Below are positions 30,175 to 41,586 of a DNA stretch of 64,000 nucleotides, piece by piece. Within the stretch, counting starts at the first letter, position 1; every line of letters begins with the position of its first letter. Position numbers and translations under genes: made by a program. Origin of the DNA: Candidatus Hydrogenedentota bacterium (GTDB lineage Bacteria > Hydrogenedentota > Hydrogenedentia > Hydrogenedentales > SLHB01); the NCBI GenBank assembly GCA_963745075.1, contig CAVUWV010000028.1:32001-96000 (forward strand), written 5' to 3'. The notes below the pieces were generated by a model that was given only the letters and a program-made list of their open reading frames with translations, was not told the origin of the DNA and did not search any database.

Positions 30175-31260
30175 ATGGCACGGAAAAAGAAAAAGACGGC
30201 GAAAGTAGCGTTACGGGATGCATTGGTACTGGTCTCGCCAGGGACGCAACTGCGCGAAGCGATCTCGGCGATCCTGCAAAGCGGGAACGGCGCGTTGATC
30301 TGTATTGGCGAAACGAAGCGTCTGGCGGATTTGTCGGAAGCGGGCGTCGAAATCACCGCCGAGTATACGCCCCAGCTTCTCTATGAACTCGCGAAGATGG
30401 ATGGGGCTATTATTCTGAATGAAGATGCGAGTCGCATCGCGTATGCGAATCGGTTTTTGAAACCGGACAGTTCCATTGCTACGGACGAAACGGGAACGCG
30501 TCATCGGGCGGCCGAGCGCATCGCCAAGCAGGCCGGTTGTATCGTCGTGGCCGTGTCGGAACGGCGCTCGAGCGTGACGTTGTACGTGCAGGACGTGAAG
30601 CACGTGCTCGACACGATTCCTACGTTGTTGAACAAGGCTATGCAGGCGATCAACACGCTCGAGAAATACATTCACGTGCTGGACCAGGCCACGACCGATC
30701 TGAGTACGCGCGAATTTGAAGACGTCGTTACGATTTTCGATGTGTGCAAGGCGATTCAGCGTTGCGAAATGGTGGCGCGGATTGCGAAAGAAATCGAACC
30801 GTACATCGTGGAACTCGGTACGGAAGGCCGGCTCATTGCAATGCAGTTAAAGGAACTGGTCATCCCGTTGGAGGAAGCGGAACTGGTCGCTAAGGACTAT
30901 TACCGCGAGAAGGTCGGCCTCGCGTTTGAACAGGTCCAGCAGAAAATCGACGAGTTGACGCAGCAGGAGCTGCTCAACCTGGGCAGCATCAGTCAAGCCC
31001 TCGGATTTGGGCCGAATTTGAAGAGCATCGACACCTACCTGTCGCCACGCGGATACCGAATCTTAACGCAGACCCACCGGTTGACGCCGCAGATTATCGA
31101 CAATCTCGTGCTGAAGTTTGGGTCGCTGCAGGCAATTATGCGCGCGCCCAAAGAGGAGCTGTGCGAGGTGGAGGGCATCGGCGAGGTGCTCGCGGAACGT
31201 GTGCGGTTGAGTTTGAACAGCCTGCGCAGCCAGCTCGCCCTGGATCGCAGCCGACGGTAG
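30175..31260 (+). CDS. disA: DNA integrity scanning diadenylate cyclase DisA
   Basis: ELAKMDGA and TGTRHR DAC motifs, linker ELGTEGRL, SPRGYR and an HhH motif EVEGIGE. Confidence 0.95.
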   Translation: MARKKKKTAKVALRDALVLVSPGTQLREAISAILQSGNGALICIGETKRLADLSEAGVEITAEYTPQLLYELAKMDGAIILNEDASRIAYANRFLKPDSSIATDETGTRHRAAERIAKQAGCIVVAVSERRSSVTLYVQDVKHVLDTIPTLLNKAMQAINTLEKYIHVLDQATTDLSTREFEDVVTIFDVCKAIQRCEMVARIAKEIEPYIVELGTEGRLIAMQLKELVIPLEEAELVAKDYYREKVGLAFEQVQQKIDELTQQELLNLGSISQALGFGPNLKSIDTYLSPRGYRILTQTHRLTPQIIDNLVLKFGSLQAIMRAPKEELCEVEGIGEVLAERVRLSLNSLRSQLALDRSRR

Positions 31261-31345
31261 GTTTCGCCCTACGAAGACTACGCGGGTGGGACGTTTGCGC
31301 TACATCTGCCGGAATCTGTCCGGCTTTCGGAGTTGTACCTGAGAT

Positions 31346-32158
31346 ATGCGTTTCTTGGTGGATTGTGAAGTGCTCGAACACCGGGAGGTTGCGCCGGAGC
31401 AATTCCGAATGGTGCTCCGTGCTCCTGAATTGGCCGGGACGGCGAAGACCGGGCAGTTTTGTATGCTGGAAGTCGCGGAGGGGCTGTACCCGTTTCTGCG
31501 GCGGCCCATGTGTTTCGAGCGGATCTTCGAAGACCGAATCTCCATTCTGTACAAGGTCGAAGGTGAAGGCACCGCGCTGTTGTCGAGGAAACAGCCCGGG
31601 CAGCGTGTCGGGGTTCAGGGGCCCTTGGGAAACGGGTTCCCGCTTGACGCGGATTTCGATCGGCACATCATCGTTGCGGGCGGGATCGGCGTGGCCACGT
31701 TTCCGAGCTTGGCGGACGCCCTTATCAAGGAATGCGGTGTGACGCCGGAGGTGATCCTCGCCGCGCGCAGCAAGCACCTCGTTCTGTGTGAGGACGAGTT
31801 TCGAGCAATGGGCTGTAAAGTCCATGTCGCCACGGACGACGGGTCGGCTGGCGAAAAGGCGTACGCATCCCAAATGCTCGAGGGCCTCTCCCCGGGTCCC
31901 GGAACGAGGGTCTATGCGTGCGGTCCCATGATCATGATGGAGACCACGTCCCAGGTCGCGGTCGATTCGGGGGCGAACTGCCTCGTGTCGCTGGAAGCCC
32001 AGATGGCGTGCGGGGACGGGGCCTGTCTCGGTTGTGTGGTGGAATCCACGCGGGTTGTCGAAGGCGAGAAGATGGTACGGGTCTGTTTGGACGGTCCGGT
32101 CTTCGACACGACCATTATCGACTGGGAAGCCCACAATAGAGCGTACGACGTGTTCTGA
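31346..32158 (+). CDS. pyrK: Dihydroorotate dehydrogenase electron-transfer subunit
   Basis: LRRP, GPLGNGF, AGGIGVA, CGP and MACGDGACLGC...C (2Fe-2S). Confidence 0.9.
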   Translation: MRFLVDCEVLEHREVAPEQFRMVLRAPELAGTAKTGQFCMLEVAEGLYPFLRRPMCFERIFEDRISILYKVEGEGTALLSRKQPGQRVGVQGPLGNGFPLDADFDRHIIVAGGIGVATFPSLADALIKECGVTPEVILAARSKHLVLCEDEFRAMGCKVHVATDDGSAGEKAYASQMLEGLSPGPGTRVYACGPMIMMETTSQVAVDSGANCLVSLEAQMACGDGACLGCVVESTRVVEGEKMVRVCLDGPVFDTTIIDWEAHNRAYDVF

Positions 32159-32176
32159 GCGGTTGGAGCGACTCCT

Positions 32177-32210
32177 TTCGAGTACGCGTACGAGATCGAG
32201 TACGAGTACA
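32177..32210. repeat. Hexamer tandem repeat (CGAGTA-like) between convergent genes
   Basis: TTCGAGTACGCGTACGAGATCGAGTACGAGTACA. Confidence 0.55.
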
Positions 32211-32239
32211 TATAAGGATGTTAGGATATCGGACCGTAG

Positions 32240-33175
32240 CTAGTATTCCGCCAGAGCGAAGGTATCGCCCACCTGCGCCCCGTTGGGGGCGGTGAACTGG
32301 TAGGACCCTTCCATTGCGCGCACGTAAGGTCGCGTGTCCCCCGGAGCAACGGTCGTGACGCCGTCACCCTCGTAGTAGTTGCCGCCAATAGAGCCGACAA
32401 CCTGGCCGTTTAGCGTGACCAACCCTGCCTGGAATTGATACTGGGTTTGTGTGACCTCCGCAATACGAACCGCCGGTACGCGCACGGGGAAGTTCAGGGC
32501 TTCCAGACGGTCGTTGAGCCACGTGACGATGGAGTAGTTGAGGTCGTCGTTCATCCATTCGAATGCGCCGGGGACTTTGAAGGGAACGACGGCGACCAAC
32601 CGGTCGTTTTCGTCGAAGGTGCCGGTAATGGTCGCGCCCCCGGAATCTCGCCAACGCAGCGTGTACCAGCCCTGGGGAACGAACTCGACGGTGTCATCGG
32701 GAGTCCCTTCCCCACCCATGACGGCATCGACTTCATCGAGGGTTTGCCCGATGGCCACGGCGTATAACTTGTCCTCGAATGTTTCGGGAGGGGCGTCGAG
32801 GTCCGAATCGGGGGCCGTCCCGTCCGACTCCACCGGCGCTTCTGGCGCGGGCGTTTCGGGGGCGATCATGCCCTGCGTGGGATTGGCCACTTGTGTGGGC
32901 GGCGGCGGTGAAGGCGGCAGAAGGTTTCGCTCGGCCGGCGGAGCCGCGGCACTCGGCGTGTGAGTGGCCGGCGCGGCGGAATGCGAGGGCGTCGTGTCAG
33001 CGCTCGCGGAGGGAGCAGGCGCCGAGGCCGGTTGCCGTTGCGCGATGGTTTGGGGCGGGGCGGGCAGTCTGTCCGCGGTCGGAGGCGTCGAAAACATGGT
33101 CCACCCATAGACCCCCGCGACGGCGACAATAACGACGGCGAGTGTGACGCCGACAATCGTCAGGAAAGTTTTCAT
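32240..33175 (-). CDS. Membrane-anchored hypothetical protein with a Pro/Ala-rich linker and a BamE/BLIP-like domain
   Basis: N-terminal TM, ~100 aa P/A-rich stalk, then IGQTLDEVDAVMG. Confidence 0.65.
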   Translation of the reverse strand: MKTFLTIVGVTLAVVIVAVAGVYGWTMFSTPPTADRLPAPPQTIAQRQPASAPAPSASADTTPSHSAAPATHTPSAAAPPAERNLLPPSPPPPTQVANPTQGMIAPETPAPEAPVESDGTAPDSDLDAPPETFEDKLYAVAIGQTLDEVDAVMGGEGTPDDTVEFVPQGWYTLRWRDSGGATITGTFDENDRLVAVVPFKVPGAFEWMNDDLNYSIVTWLNDRLEALNFPVRVPAVRIAEVTQTQYQFQAGLVTLNGQVVGSIGGNYYEGDGVTTVAPGDTRPYVRAMEGSYQFTAPNGAQVGDTFALAEY

Positions 33176-33306
33176 GCGGCACCTCTCACAGGAAGAATGA
33201 CGTAGTTCGCAAATCCCCGGTTCGTGCTAACTATGTGGCGTCGTTTGCGCGAAAAGTCAAGAACCCGGATCGAGAATTCGCACTTTGCGGTATCGCCACG
33301 CAGGTC

Positions 33307-33789
33307 TCAAAGGGCCTTGATCGCGGCCAGGACTTCGTCCGCATGTCCGTCCGGCTTCACCTTAGGCCAGACTTGGGCGATCATGCCGGCTTGGTCGACG
33401 AGGAAGGTGGCGCGCTGAACGCCCCAGTATTTCCTGCCGTACATGTTTTTTTCGACCCACACCCCGTATTTTTCGGCGACTTCGTGCTTCTCGTCCGCCA
33501 GCAGGGCGAACTGGAGCCCGTACTTGTCGGCAAACTTGCAGTGGGATTCGACGCCATCCGGGCTGATTCCGACGATTTCGGCGCCGGCCTTGGCAAACTT
33601 TGCAAGTGCGGATTGGAATCCTTTCGCTTCGACGGTGCACCCGGGGGTGTCGTCCTTGGGGTAGAAGTACACGACCACGGGCTTGCCTTTGAAATCGGCG
33701 AGCTTGACCTTCTTGCCGGTGGCCGAATTCAAGTCGATAGCGGGCGCCTTCTTGCCCACCGGGACCAAGGCACTTTCCTTTTTCGGCAT
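33307..33789 (-). CDS. bcp: Thioredoxin-dependent peroxiredoxin (Bcp/PrxQ)
   Basis: YFYPKDDTPGCTVEA, GISPD and RATFLVD. Confidence 0.93.
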   Translation of the reverse strand: MPKKESALVPVGKKAPAIDLNSATGKKVKLADFKGKPVVVYFYPKDDTPGCTVEAKGFQSALAKFAKAGAEIVGISPDGVESHCKFADKYGLQFALLADEKHEVAEKYGVWVEKNMYGRKYWGVQRATFLVDQAGMIAQVWPKVKPDGHADEVLAAIKAL

Positions 33790-33833
33790 GGAATTCTCCT
33801 TATGCGTCCAAGGCAATCCTCATCGTTTCAAGG

Positions 33834-34394
33834 TTACTCGCGCCGGTTCCGAATGGCGTCCCGCAGTTCCGGTAACGAGGGCAGCGCTTCCTGGGTTCCG
33901 TAGAAATGCCCTTCAATCCAAGCGCATACCGCTTCCACCACATCTTCGCGCCACCGTTCGGCCGGCCGCGCGAGTTCGTCGCGCAGGTATTGGACATCGC
34001 GGAGCAGGCATTTTCGTTTCTCACCGTCGAGGGAGGAGAAGTCGGCCTCGGCCACCAGACGTTCCATCAGGATCGGCACATGGGCCATGGCCTCTTCCAA
34101 CTCGCTCAGGGTGGGCGGGAAACGCAGATTGAACTCGAACCGGTCTTCGACGAGGTCGATGCCGTCGGCGGTGATGCGTGCGGCGGCGAAGAGGGGCGGA
34201 TTATACCCCACCATCAGCTCGACCAGCCCGCGGTCAGCGAGGTAGTGAATATTGGCCACAAGATCTTTGCGGAGAACCGTCTCGTCTTCGAGAAGATCTT
34301 CTGGCGTAAGCATTTCGAGGGGATCCACCAAATAGCGGTCGTAAAGGATGGTCATAATCCGGCGACGGACTGATTTTGGGTTTTCCAACGGCAT
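33834..34394 (-). CDS. Hypothetical protein with a possible winged-helix N-terminus; leaderless
   Basis: NIHYLADRGLVE...RITADGIDLVE pattern; TGcTATACT ends 7 nt before the ATG. Confidence 0.65.
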   Translation of the reverse strand: MPLENPKSVRRRIMTILYDRYLVDPLEMLTPEDLLEDETVLRKDLVANIHYLADRGLVELMVGYNPPLFAAARITADGIDLVEDRFEFNLRFPPTLSELEEAMAHVPILMERLVAEADFSSLDGEKRKCLLRDVQYLRDELARPAERWREDVVEAVCAWIEGHFYGTQEALPSLPELRDAIRNRRE

Positions 34395-34597
34395 GAATTG
34401 AAGTATAGCAGGCAGACGGCAAGCAACGGAAGCGATGCGAGGCACTCGGGGGCCGGCGGACTGTCCCGTAGGGTGGCCTAGCTTCGGAATAGGCCTGAAA
34501 CGAAGGGTGTTAGAAAACATTGAAAATATGATAAGTTTTATGCACAATAGGTGTGAAAATCGACTAGCGAGTCCACATTGCGTGGCCGTGTAGATGG

Positions 34598-34626
34598 TTG
34601 ACAGTCGTTGAGACGGATGCTACCAT
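34598..34626 (+). promoter_or_regulatory. Sigma70 promoter of cysK-metY
   Basis: TTGACA-17 bp-TACCAT with an extended TG. Confidence 0.7.
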
Positions 34627-34724
34627 CTGGCGAACCATCCCCACGCAAGGCATTGGGTCTTGGAGTGCATCGAAAGCCGGTGCCCGGCCGACCTTTACGC
34701 CGTCATTCTGGAGGGAGTTCTACC

Positions 34725-36972
<2,248 letters not shown>

Positions 36973-36982
36973 GCGGTATCCT

Positions 36983-37023
36983 ATCCGGCGCGTGGCTCTC
37001 GCGGGGGTACGCGCCGGATTTTC
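36983..37023 (+). terminator. Strong hairpin with a short U-tract between metY and metX
   Basis: ATCCGGCGCGT ... ACGCGCCGGAT followed by TTT. Confidence 0.55.
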
Positions 37024-37044
37024 GTGTCACCGGGGAACAGTGTT

Positions 37045-38268
37045 ATGTCAGAAGAAGGGTCCGTCGGGATCGTCCAGACGCAGTTTTACACCTTTGCCGA
37101 GCCGCCCAACGAACTCGAGTTGGACTGCGGGCGGAAGCTCGGTCCGATCACGCTGGCGTACGAGACCTATGGGTCTCTGAACGCGGACCGTTCGAACGCG
37201 GTGCTGATCGTCCACGCCTTATCGGGGGACGCTCACGCGGCGGGCCTGCATTCCCCGACCGACCGGAAACCCGGCTGGTGGGACAACATGATCGGCCCGG
37301 GCAAGGGCTTCGATACCGACAAGTATTTCATCATCTGCTCGAACGTCGTGGGCGGATGCCAGGGTTCGACGGGACCGTCCTCCATCAATCCGAAGACTGG
37401 GAAGCCCTACGGTCTAAGCTTTCCCATCATCACGATTGGCGACATGGTGCGCGCGCAACGGCAACTGGTGGAGCATTTGGGCATTTCCAAGCTGCTCAGT
37501 GTCGCAGGCGGCTCCATGGGCGGCATGCAGACCATGGAATGGATGACGCGCTTTCCCGAGATGCTCCAGTCGGCCATCGTGATTGCGTCCACCCCGCTGT
37601 TGAGCGCGCAAGGCATCGCCTTTGACGCGGTGGGCCGTCATGCCATTCAAGCGGATCCGACGTTTCATGAAGGCGACTACTACCAGACCGGCGAACATCC
37701 GACGCAGGGACTGTCGATTGCACGGATGCTGGCGCATATTACGTATCTCTCGGATGAGTCCATGCGGATCAAGTTCGGGCGAGCCTTGCGCAGCACGGAT
37801 GAGTACAGCTACGACTTCAGCAGCGAGTTCTCCGTCGAGACGTATCTGGATTATCAGGGCGAACAGTTTGTCAACCGGTTCGACGCGAACAGTTATCTCT
37901 ATATCACCAAAGCGATCAATTACTTCGACGTGGCCGCGCCGTACGGGTCGCTGGACAACGCGATGGCGCGGGTTCGCAGCAAGGTGATGGTGTTGTCCTA
38001 CTCGTCGGATTGGCTCTATCCGCCCTATCAGTCGCAGGAGATTGTCAACGCGTTGACGCGGCAGCGGAAGGACGTGACCTACTGCAACATCCAGTCGGAT
38101 TACGGTCACGACGCGTTTCTGCTGGAGGTCAATGTGATGAAGAAGATCATCGGCGGGTTCCTGCAGAACGTGCGGATGGAGGATGCAAAGACGCGTAGTA
38201 TCGCCCATGAAGTTGACTCGGAGGCGGAATATGGACCGCCTTCCAGCGCGACGTTCGAGCATCTATGA
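37045..38268 (+). CDS. metX: Homoserine O-acetyltransferase (probably fused to MetW)
   Basis: HALSGD, GGCQGSTGP, GGSMGGM, RFDANSY and GHDAFL. Confidence 0.93.
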   Translation: MSEEGSVGIVQTQFYTFAEPPNELELDCGRKLGPITLAYETYGSLNADRSNAVLIVHALSGDAHAAGLHSPTDRKPGWWDNMIGPGKGFDTDKYFIICSNVVGGCQGSTGPSSINPKTGKPYGLSFPIITIGDMVRAQRQLVEHLGISKLLSVAGGSMGGMQTMEWMTRFPEMLQSAIVIASTPLLSAQGIAFDAVGRHAIQADPTFHEGDYYQTGEHPTQGLSIARMLAHITYLSDESMRIKFGRALRSTDEYSYDFSSEFSVETYLDYQGEQFVNRFDANSYLYITKAINYFDVAAPYGSLDNAMARVRSKVMVLSYSSDWLYPPYQSQEIVNALTRQRKDVTYCNIQSDYGHDAFLLEVNVMKKIIGGFLQNVRMEDAKTRSIAHEVDSEAEYGPPSSATFEHL

Positions 38269-38863
38269 AGGCCACCGCGTCGACTACGAGATGATCGTGG
38301 ATCTCGTCGATGAAGAAAGCCGCGTGCTGGATATCGGGTGCGGGGACGGCGAACTGTTGGACCAATTGATCGAGCGTAAAGGTGTGGACGGGGCGGGCAT
38401 CGAATTGGCCCAGGGCAACATCGTGAGTTGCATTCGCCGCGGGATCGAGGTCGTGCAGGCGGATATCGACAAGGGACTGACGACCCTGCCGGATCAGAGC
38501 TACGATTACGTCATCCTGAGCATGACCTTGCAGGTAATCCGGAAGCCGGACTACGTGCTGCAGGAGATGCTGCGTGTGGGCAAGAAGGGCATCGTGAGCT
38601 TTCCCAATTTTGGATTCTGGAAGGTGCGGGCCAAGACGCTGGCCATGGGGCGCGCGCCGGTTACGCGCAATTTGCCATACGCGTGGTGGGTCAGCCCGAA
38701 CCGGCACGTGTTGTCGATCAAAGACTTTCGCGAGTACTGCGCGGAACGCAACCTTCGCATCGAGCGCGAGCTGCCGCTGAATCGAAAGGGGTTGGTGTGG
38801 ACCGCCCGGATGTGGCCGAATATGCTGGCGGATGAAGCGGTGTTCGTGATTTCAAAGCGGTAA
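38231..38863 (+). CDS. metW: Methionine biosynthesis protein MetW domain
   Basis: [33 protein letters not shown] and [10 protein letters not shown]. Confidence 0.88.
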   Translation: MDRLPARRSSIYEGHRVDYEMIVDLVDEESRVLDIGCGDGELLDQLIERKGVDGAGIELAQGNIVSCIRRGIEVVQADIDKGLTTLPDQSYDYVILSMTLQVIRKPDYVLQEMLRVGKKGIVSFPNFGFWKVRAKTLAMGRAPVTRNLPYAWWVSPNRHVLSIKDFREYCAERNLRIERELPLNRKGLVWTARMWPNMLADEAVFVISKR

Positions 38864-38885
38864 TGAACGGAGAGGGAGCGGGGAT

Positions 38886-39776
38886 ATGAAGGGGATTATT
38901 CTGGCGGGCGGTTCGGGGACGCGGCTGCATCCGCTTACGTTGGCGGTCAGCAAACAGCTCATGCCGATTTTCGACAAGCCCATGATCTACTACCCCCTTT
39001 CGACCTTGCTCATGACCGGGATTCGCGAGATTTTGATAATCTCGACGCCCCATGACTTGCCCCTATTCCGAAATCTGCTGGGGGACGGGAGCCGTCTCGG
39101 GTGTTCGCTCGAATACGCCGTGCAGGAAACTCCCAACGGGCTGGCGCAGGCCTTCGTGATTGGGGAGACCTTTCTCGGGAACGACAAGGTCGCGTTGGTT
39201 CTCGGGGACAATATTTTCTACGGCACCGGGCTTCATCAGATCCTTCAGAGTCACAACGAACCCGACGGGGGCGTGGTCTTTGCCTATCACGTGTCCGATC
39301 CGGAGCGGTACGGCGTGGTCGAATTCGACGAGGAAAACCGAGCGATCTCGATCGAGGAAAAGCCGAAGAAGGCGAAGTCCAATTTCGCGGTGCCGGGACT
39401 GTATTTCTACGACAACCACGTCGTCGAGATTGCGAAGAACCTGAAACCGAGTCCGCGGGGTGAGTACGAAATCACCGACGTGAACAAGGAATACCTGCGC
39501 GAGGGCAAACTCCAGGTGGCCATCCTCGACCGCGGAACCGCGTGGCTGGATACCGGGACCTTCGAGTCGCTCATGCAGGCCGGCCAGTTCGTGCAGGTTA
39601 TCGAAGAGCGGCAGGGGCTCAAGATCGGGTGCATAGAGGAATCGGCCTTCCGGATGGGTTACATCTCGGAGGAAGAACTTCGCGCATTGGCGGAGCCCCT
39701 CCGGAAGAGCGGGTACGGGGATTATCTGATTAGTTTGTTGGATGACGACCTGCCGAAGACGCGAACGACAAGTTGA
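38886..39776 (+). CDS. rfbA: Glucose-1-phosphate thymidylyltransferase
   Basis: [26 protein letters not shown] and AWLDTGT. Confidence 0.97.
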   Translation: MKGIILAGGSGTRLHPLTLAVSKQLMPIFDKPMIYYPLSTLLMTGIREILIISTPHDLPLFRNLLGDGSRLGCSLEYAVQETPNGLAQAFVIGETFLGNDKVALVLGDNIFYGTGLHQILQSHNEPDGGVVFAYHVSDPERYGVVEFDEENRAISIEEKPKKAKSNFAVPGLYFYDNHVVEIAKNLKPSPRGEYEITDVNKEYLREGKLQVAILDRGTAWLDTGTFESLMQAGQFVQVIEERQGLKIGCIEESAFRMGYISEEELRALAEPLRKSGYGDYLISLLDDDLPKTRTTS

Positions 39777-39815
39777 AAAACTGACGTAAATAACCGTATA
39801 CTCGGGTGTTTCTGA

Positions 39816-39903
39816 GCGCGAGTGGTGGAATTTGGCAGACACGCTAGACTAAGGATCTAGTTCCCGAAAGGGATTGGGGGTTCGAGTCCCCCCTCGCGCA
39901 CCA
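39816..39903 (+). tRNA. tRNA-Leu with anticodon AAG (A34)
   Basis: Acceptor GCGCGAG/CTCGCGC, discriminator A plus encoded CCA, anticodon arm CTAGA-CTAAGGA-TCTAG, long variable arm and GTTCGAGTC T-loop. A TTGAAA-18-TATACT promoter lies upstream. Confidence 0.93.
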
Positions 39904-39915
39904 CAGTCTAATCGA

Positions 39916-39948
39916 AGGCGGCTCTCGTTTCGAGGGTCGTCTTTTTTT
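39916..39948 (+). terminator. Intrinsic terminator after the tRNA
   Basis: AGGCGGCTCTCG-TTT-CGAGGGTCGTCT followed by a T-run. Confidence 0.8.
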
Positions 39949-39974
39949 ATGCAACGCAGCGGAGCAAGGTAACT

Positions 39975-40364
39975 ATGAAGCGTGAAAATATTTCGTCGGG
40001 GTCGAAGTGGGAGCCGGTGATCGGGTACTCGCGGGCCGTCCGCATTGGATCCATGGTGTACGTTTCCGGCACGACCGGCGGTGGCCCGGACGGTAAGCTG
40101 GTCGGCGCAGGCGATCCCTATGCCCAGACCGTGCAGACCTTGAAGAACATCGAAACCGCGTTAAGCCGGGCGGGCGCGAAATTGAGCGACGTGGTCCGGA
40201 CGCGTATGTACCTCGCCCACATCGAGCAGTGGGAAGACGTAGGCCGGGCCCACGGGGAATTCTTCGGCGATGTGCTTCCGGCGACGACGATGGTCGAGGT
40301 GAGCAAGCTGATCGACCCGGACATGCTGGTGGAGATCGAAGCGGAGGCGTACGTCGGAGAGTGA
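39975..40364 (+). CDS. RidA/YjgF-family protein
   Basis: [25 protein letters not shown] and VEIEAEA. Confidence 0.92.
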   Translation: MKRENISSGSKWEPVIGYSRAVRIGSMVYVSGTTGGGPDGKLVGAGDPYAQTVQTLKNIETALSRAGAKLSDVVRTRMYLAHIEQWEDVGRAHGEFFGDVLPATTMVEVSKLIDPDMLVEIEAEAYVGE

Positions 40365-40401
40365 CGATTTTGGACTGCGGATTGGCGGAGCGAGGGTTCG
40401 C

Positions 40402-41334
40402 TCACGGATTGCGGATTTCGACTTGATCGGTCAGGACGCCGACTTCTTCCTTGATAAAGTGGCCGATGTCCCAGGACATGGCGTTGGCGGTACCGGCGGC
40501 GCAGCCGAGGATGGCCATGTCGCGGAGGGGCAAATCTTCGAGGAGGCCGATGGCGAAACCGGAGACCAAGGCGTCGCCGCTGCCGACGGGGTTGATTTCC
40601 TTAATCGCAGGCGGCACAACGTGAAAGCGCTCCCCCGCACGGGAGACGAGGGCGCCGTCTCTCCCGAGGGATAACACGACCAGCGTCACGCCCTTTTCGT
40701 GGAAGAAATCGATGGCCTTCCAGCGCGTTTCGGGCGTGTCCAGTGTGTAACCGACCAGTTCCTCCGTTTCCGCGACGTTGGGTTTCACCATGTGAGGAAC
40801 CGATTCCAGGCCGAGGGCAAACTCGGGGCCGTGGGAGTCCAGGATGGTTCTTGCGCCACGCTCTTTTGCAATGAGGATGAGATCGCGGTAGAGGGTCTCG
40901 ATGGCGGGATCGGATACGGTACCGTTGAAGGTAACGACCTTGGCGCCCTCAACGGTCTTGCGGAAGGTTTCGATAATTCCCTGGTACTCCGCTTCGGTAA
41001 CCTTCGAACCGGGTTCGAAGAAGGCGGTCTGACGATGGATGGATTCTTCGAGCACGGTGGTGATGGTGCGGGTTTGGGAAGCCACCCAGGCGGGAGCGCA
41101 TTCCACGCCGTCCTGCTGCTCGATCATATCCACGACGTGCGCACCGGGATGTCCGCCGGCCACGACCATCGCGCGGGTTTTACGTCCGAGCGCCTTGACC
41201 GCGCGCGAGACGTTGGTGCCTTTGCCGCCAGGAATGCAGGTGCAGCGTTGCGACCGCATGAAGGTGCCGACTTTCAGCGTGTCGATGAAGACCGTCTTGT
41301 CGACGCAGGGGTTTGGGGTTACGGTAAGGATCAT
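40402..41334 (-). CDS. 1-phosphofructokinase-family hexose kinase (PfkB)
   Basis: MILTVTPNPCVD, PGGKGTNVS, KPNVAE and NPVGSGD. Confidence 0.9.
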   Translation of the reverse strand: MILTVTPNPCVDKTVFIDTLKVGTFMRSQRCTCIPGGKGTNVSRAVKALGRKTRAMVVAGGHPGAHVVDMIEQQDGVECAPAWVASQTRTITTVLEESIHRQTAFFEPGSKVTEAEYQGIIETFRKTVEGAKVVTFNGTVSDPAIETLYRDLILIAKERGARTILDSHGPEFALGLESVPHMVKPNVAETEELVGYTLDTPETRWKAIDFFHEKGVTLVVLSLGRDGALVSRAGERFHVVPPAIKEINPVGSGDALVSGFAIGLLEDLPLRDMAILGCAAGTANAMSWDIGHFIKEEVGVLTDQVEIRNP

Positions 41335-41356
41335 GCCGGGCTCCCCGCACGAAGAA

Positions 41357-41524
41357 ACATCCCCCTCGGCCCTGTGGGCCTGCCCCCTTCAAAGGGGGAG
41401 TCGCGGTCGCTTCGCTTCGCGGTTGGGTGCACCCGAAGTTGGGGAATTGAGCGAATACCGTGGCGCAACGCCCATACCTGCGGTGTGCAAGACTCCCCCT
41501 TTGAAGGGGGATCAAGGGGGATGT
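41357..41524. repeat. C5/G5-run inverted-repeat element, copy 2
   Basis: Same arms as 15755-15974. The left arm carries an inserted GGCCC-TGT-GGGCC hairpin. Confidence 0.85.
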
Positions 41525-41586
41525 AAATCTTGCTTCCATGCATCACGTGCACGCACCTCACACTACTTTAACGCGCGTGAAACCCC

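Noticed and set aside
34627..34724. SAM riboswitch or T-box in the cysK-metY leader
   Set aside because: I found no SAM-I core (AUC..GAG, GCAACC, GUGC), no SAM-II/V or SAM-SAH signature and no T-box consensus by eye. A cmscan run would settle it.
39904..41334. Genomic island integrated at tRNA-Leu
   Set aside because: There is no integrase, no duplicated tRNA 3' end and no compositional shift. Housekeeping genes follow directly.
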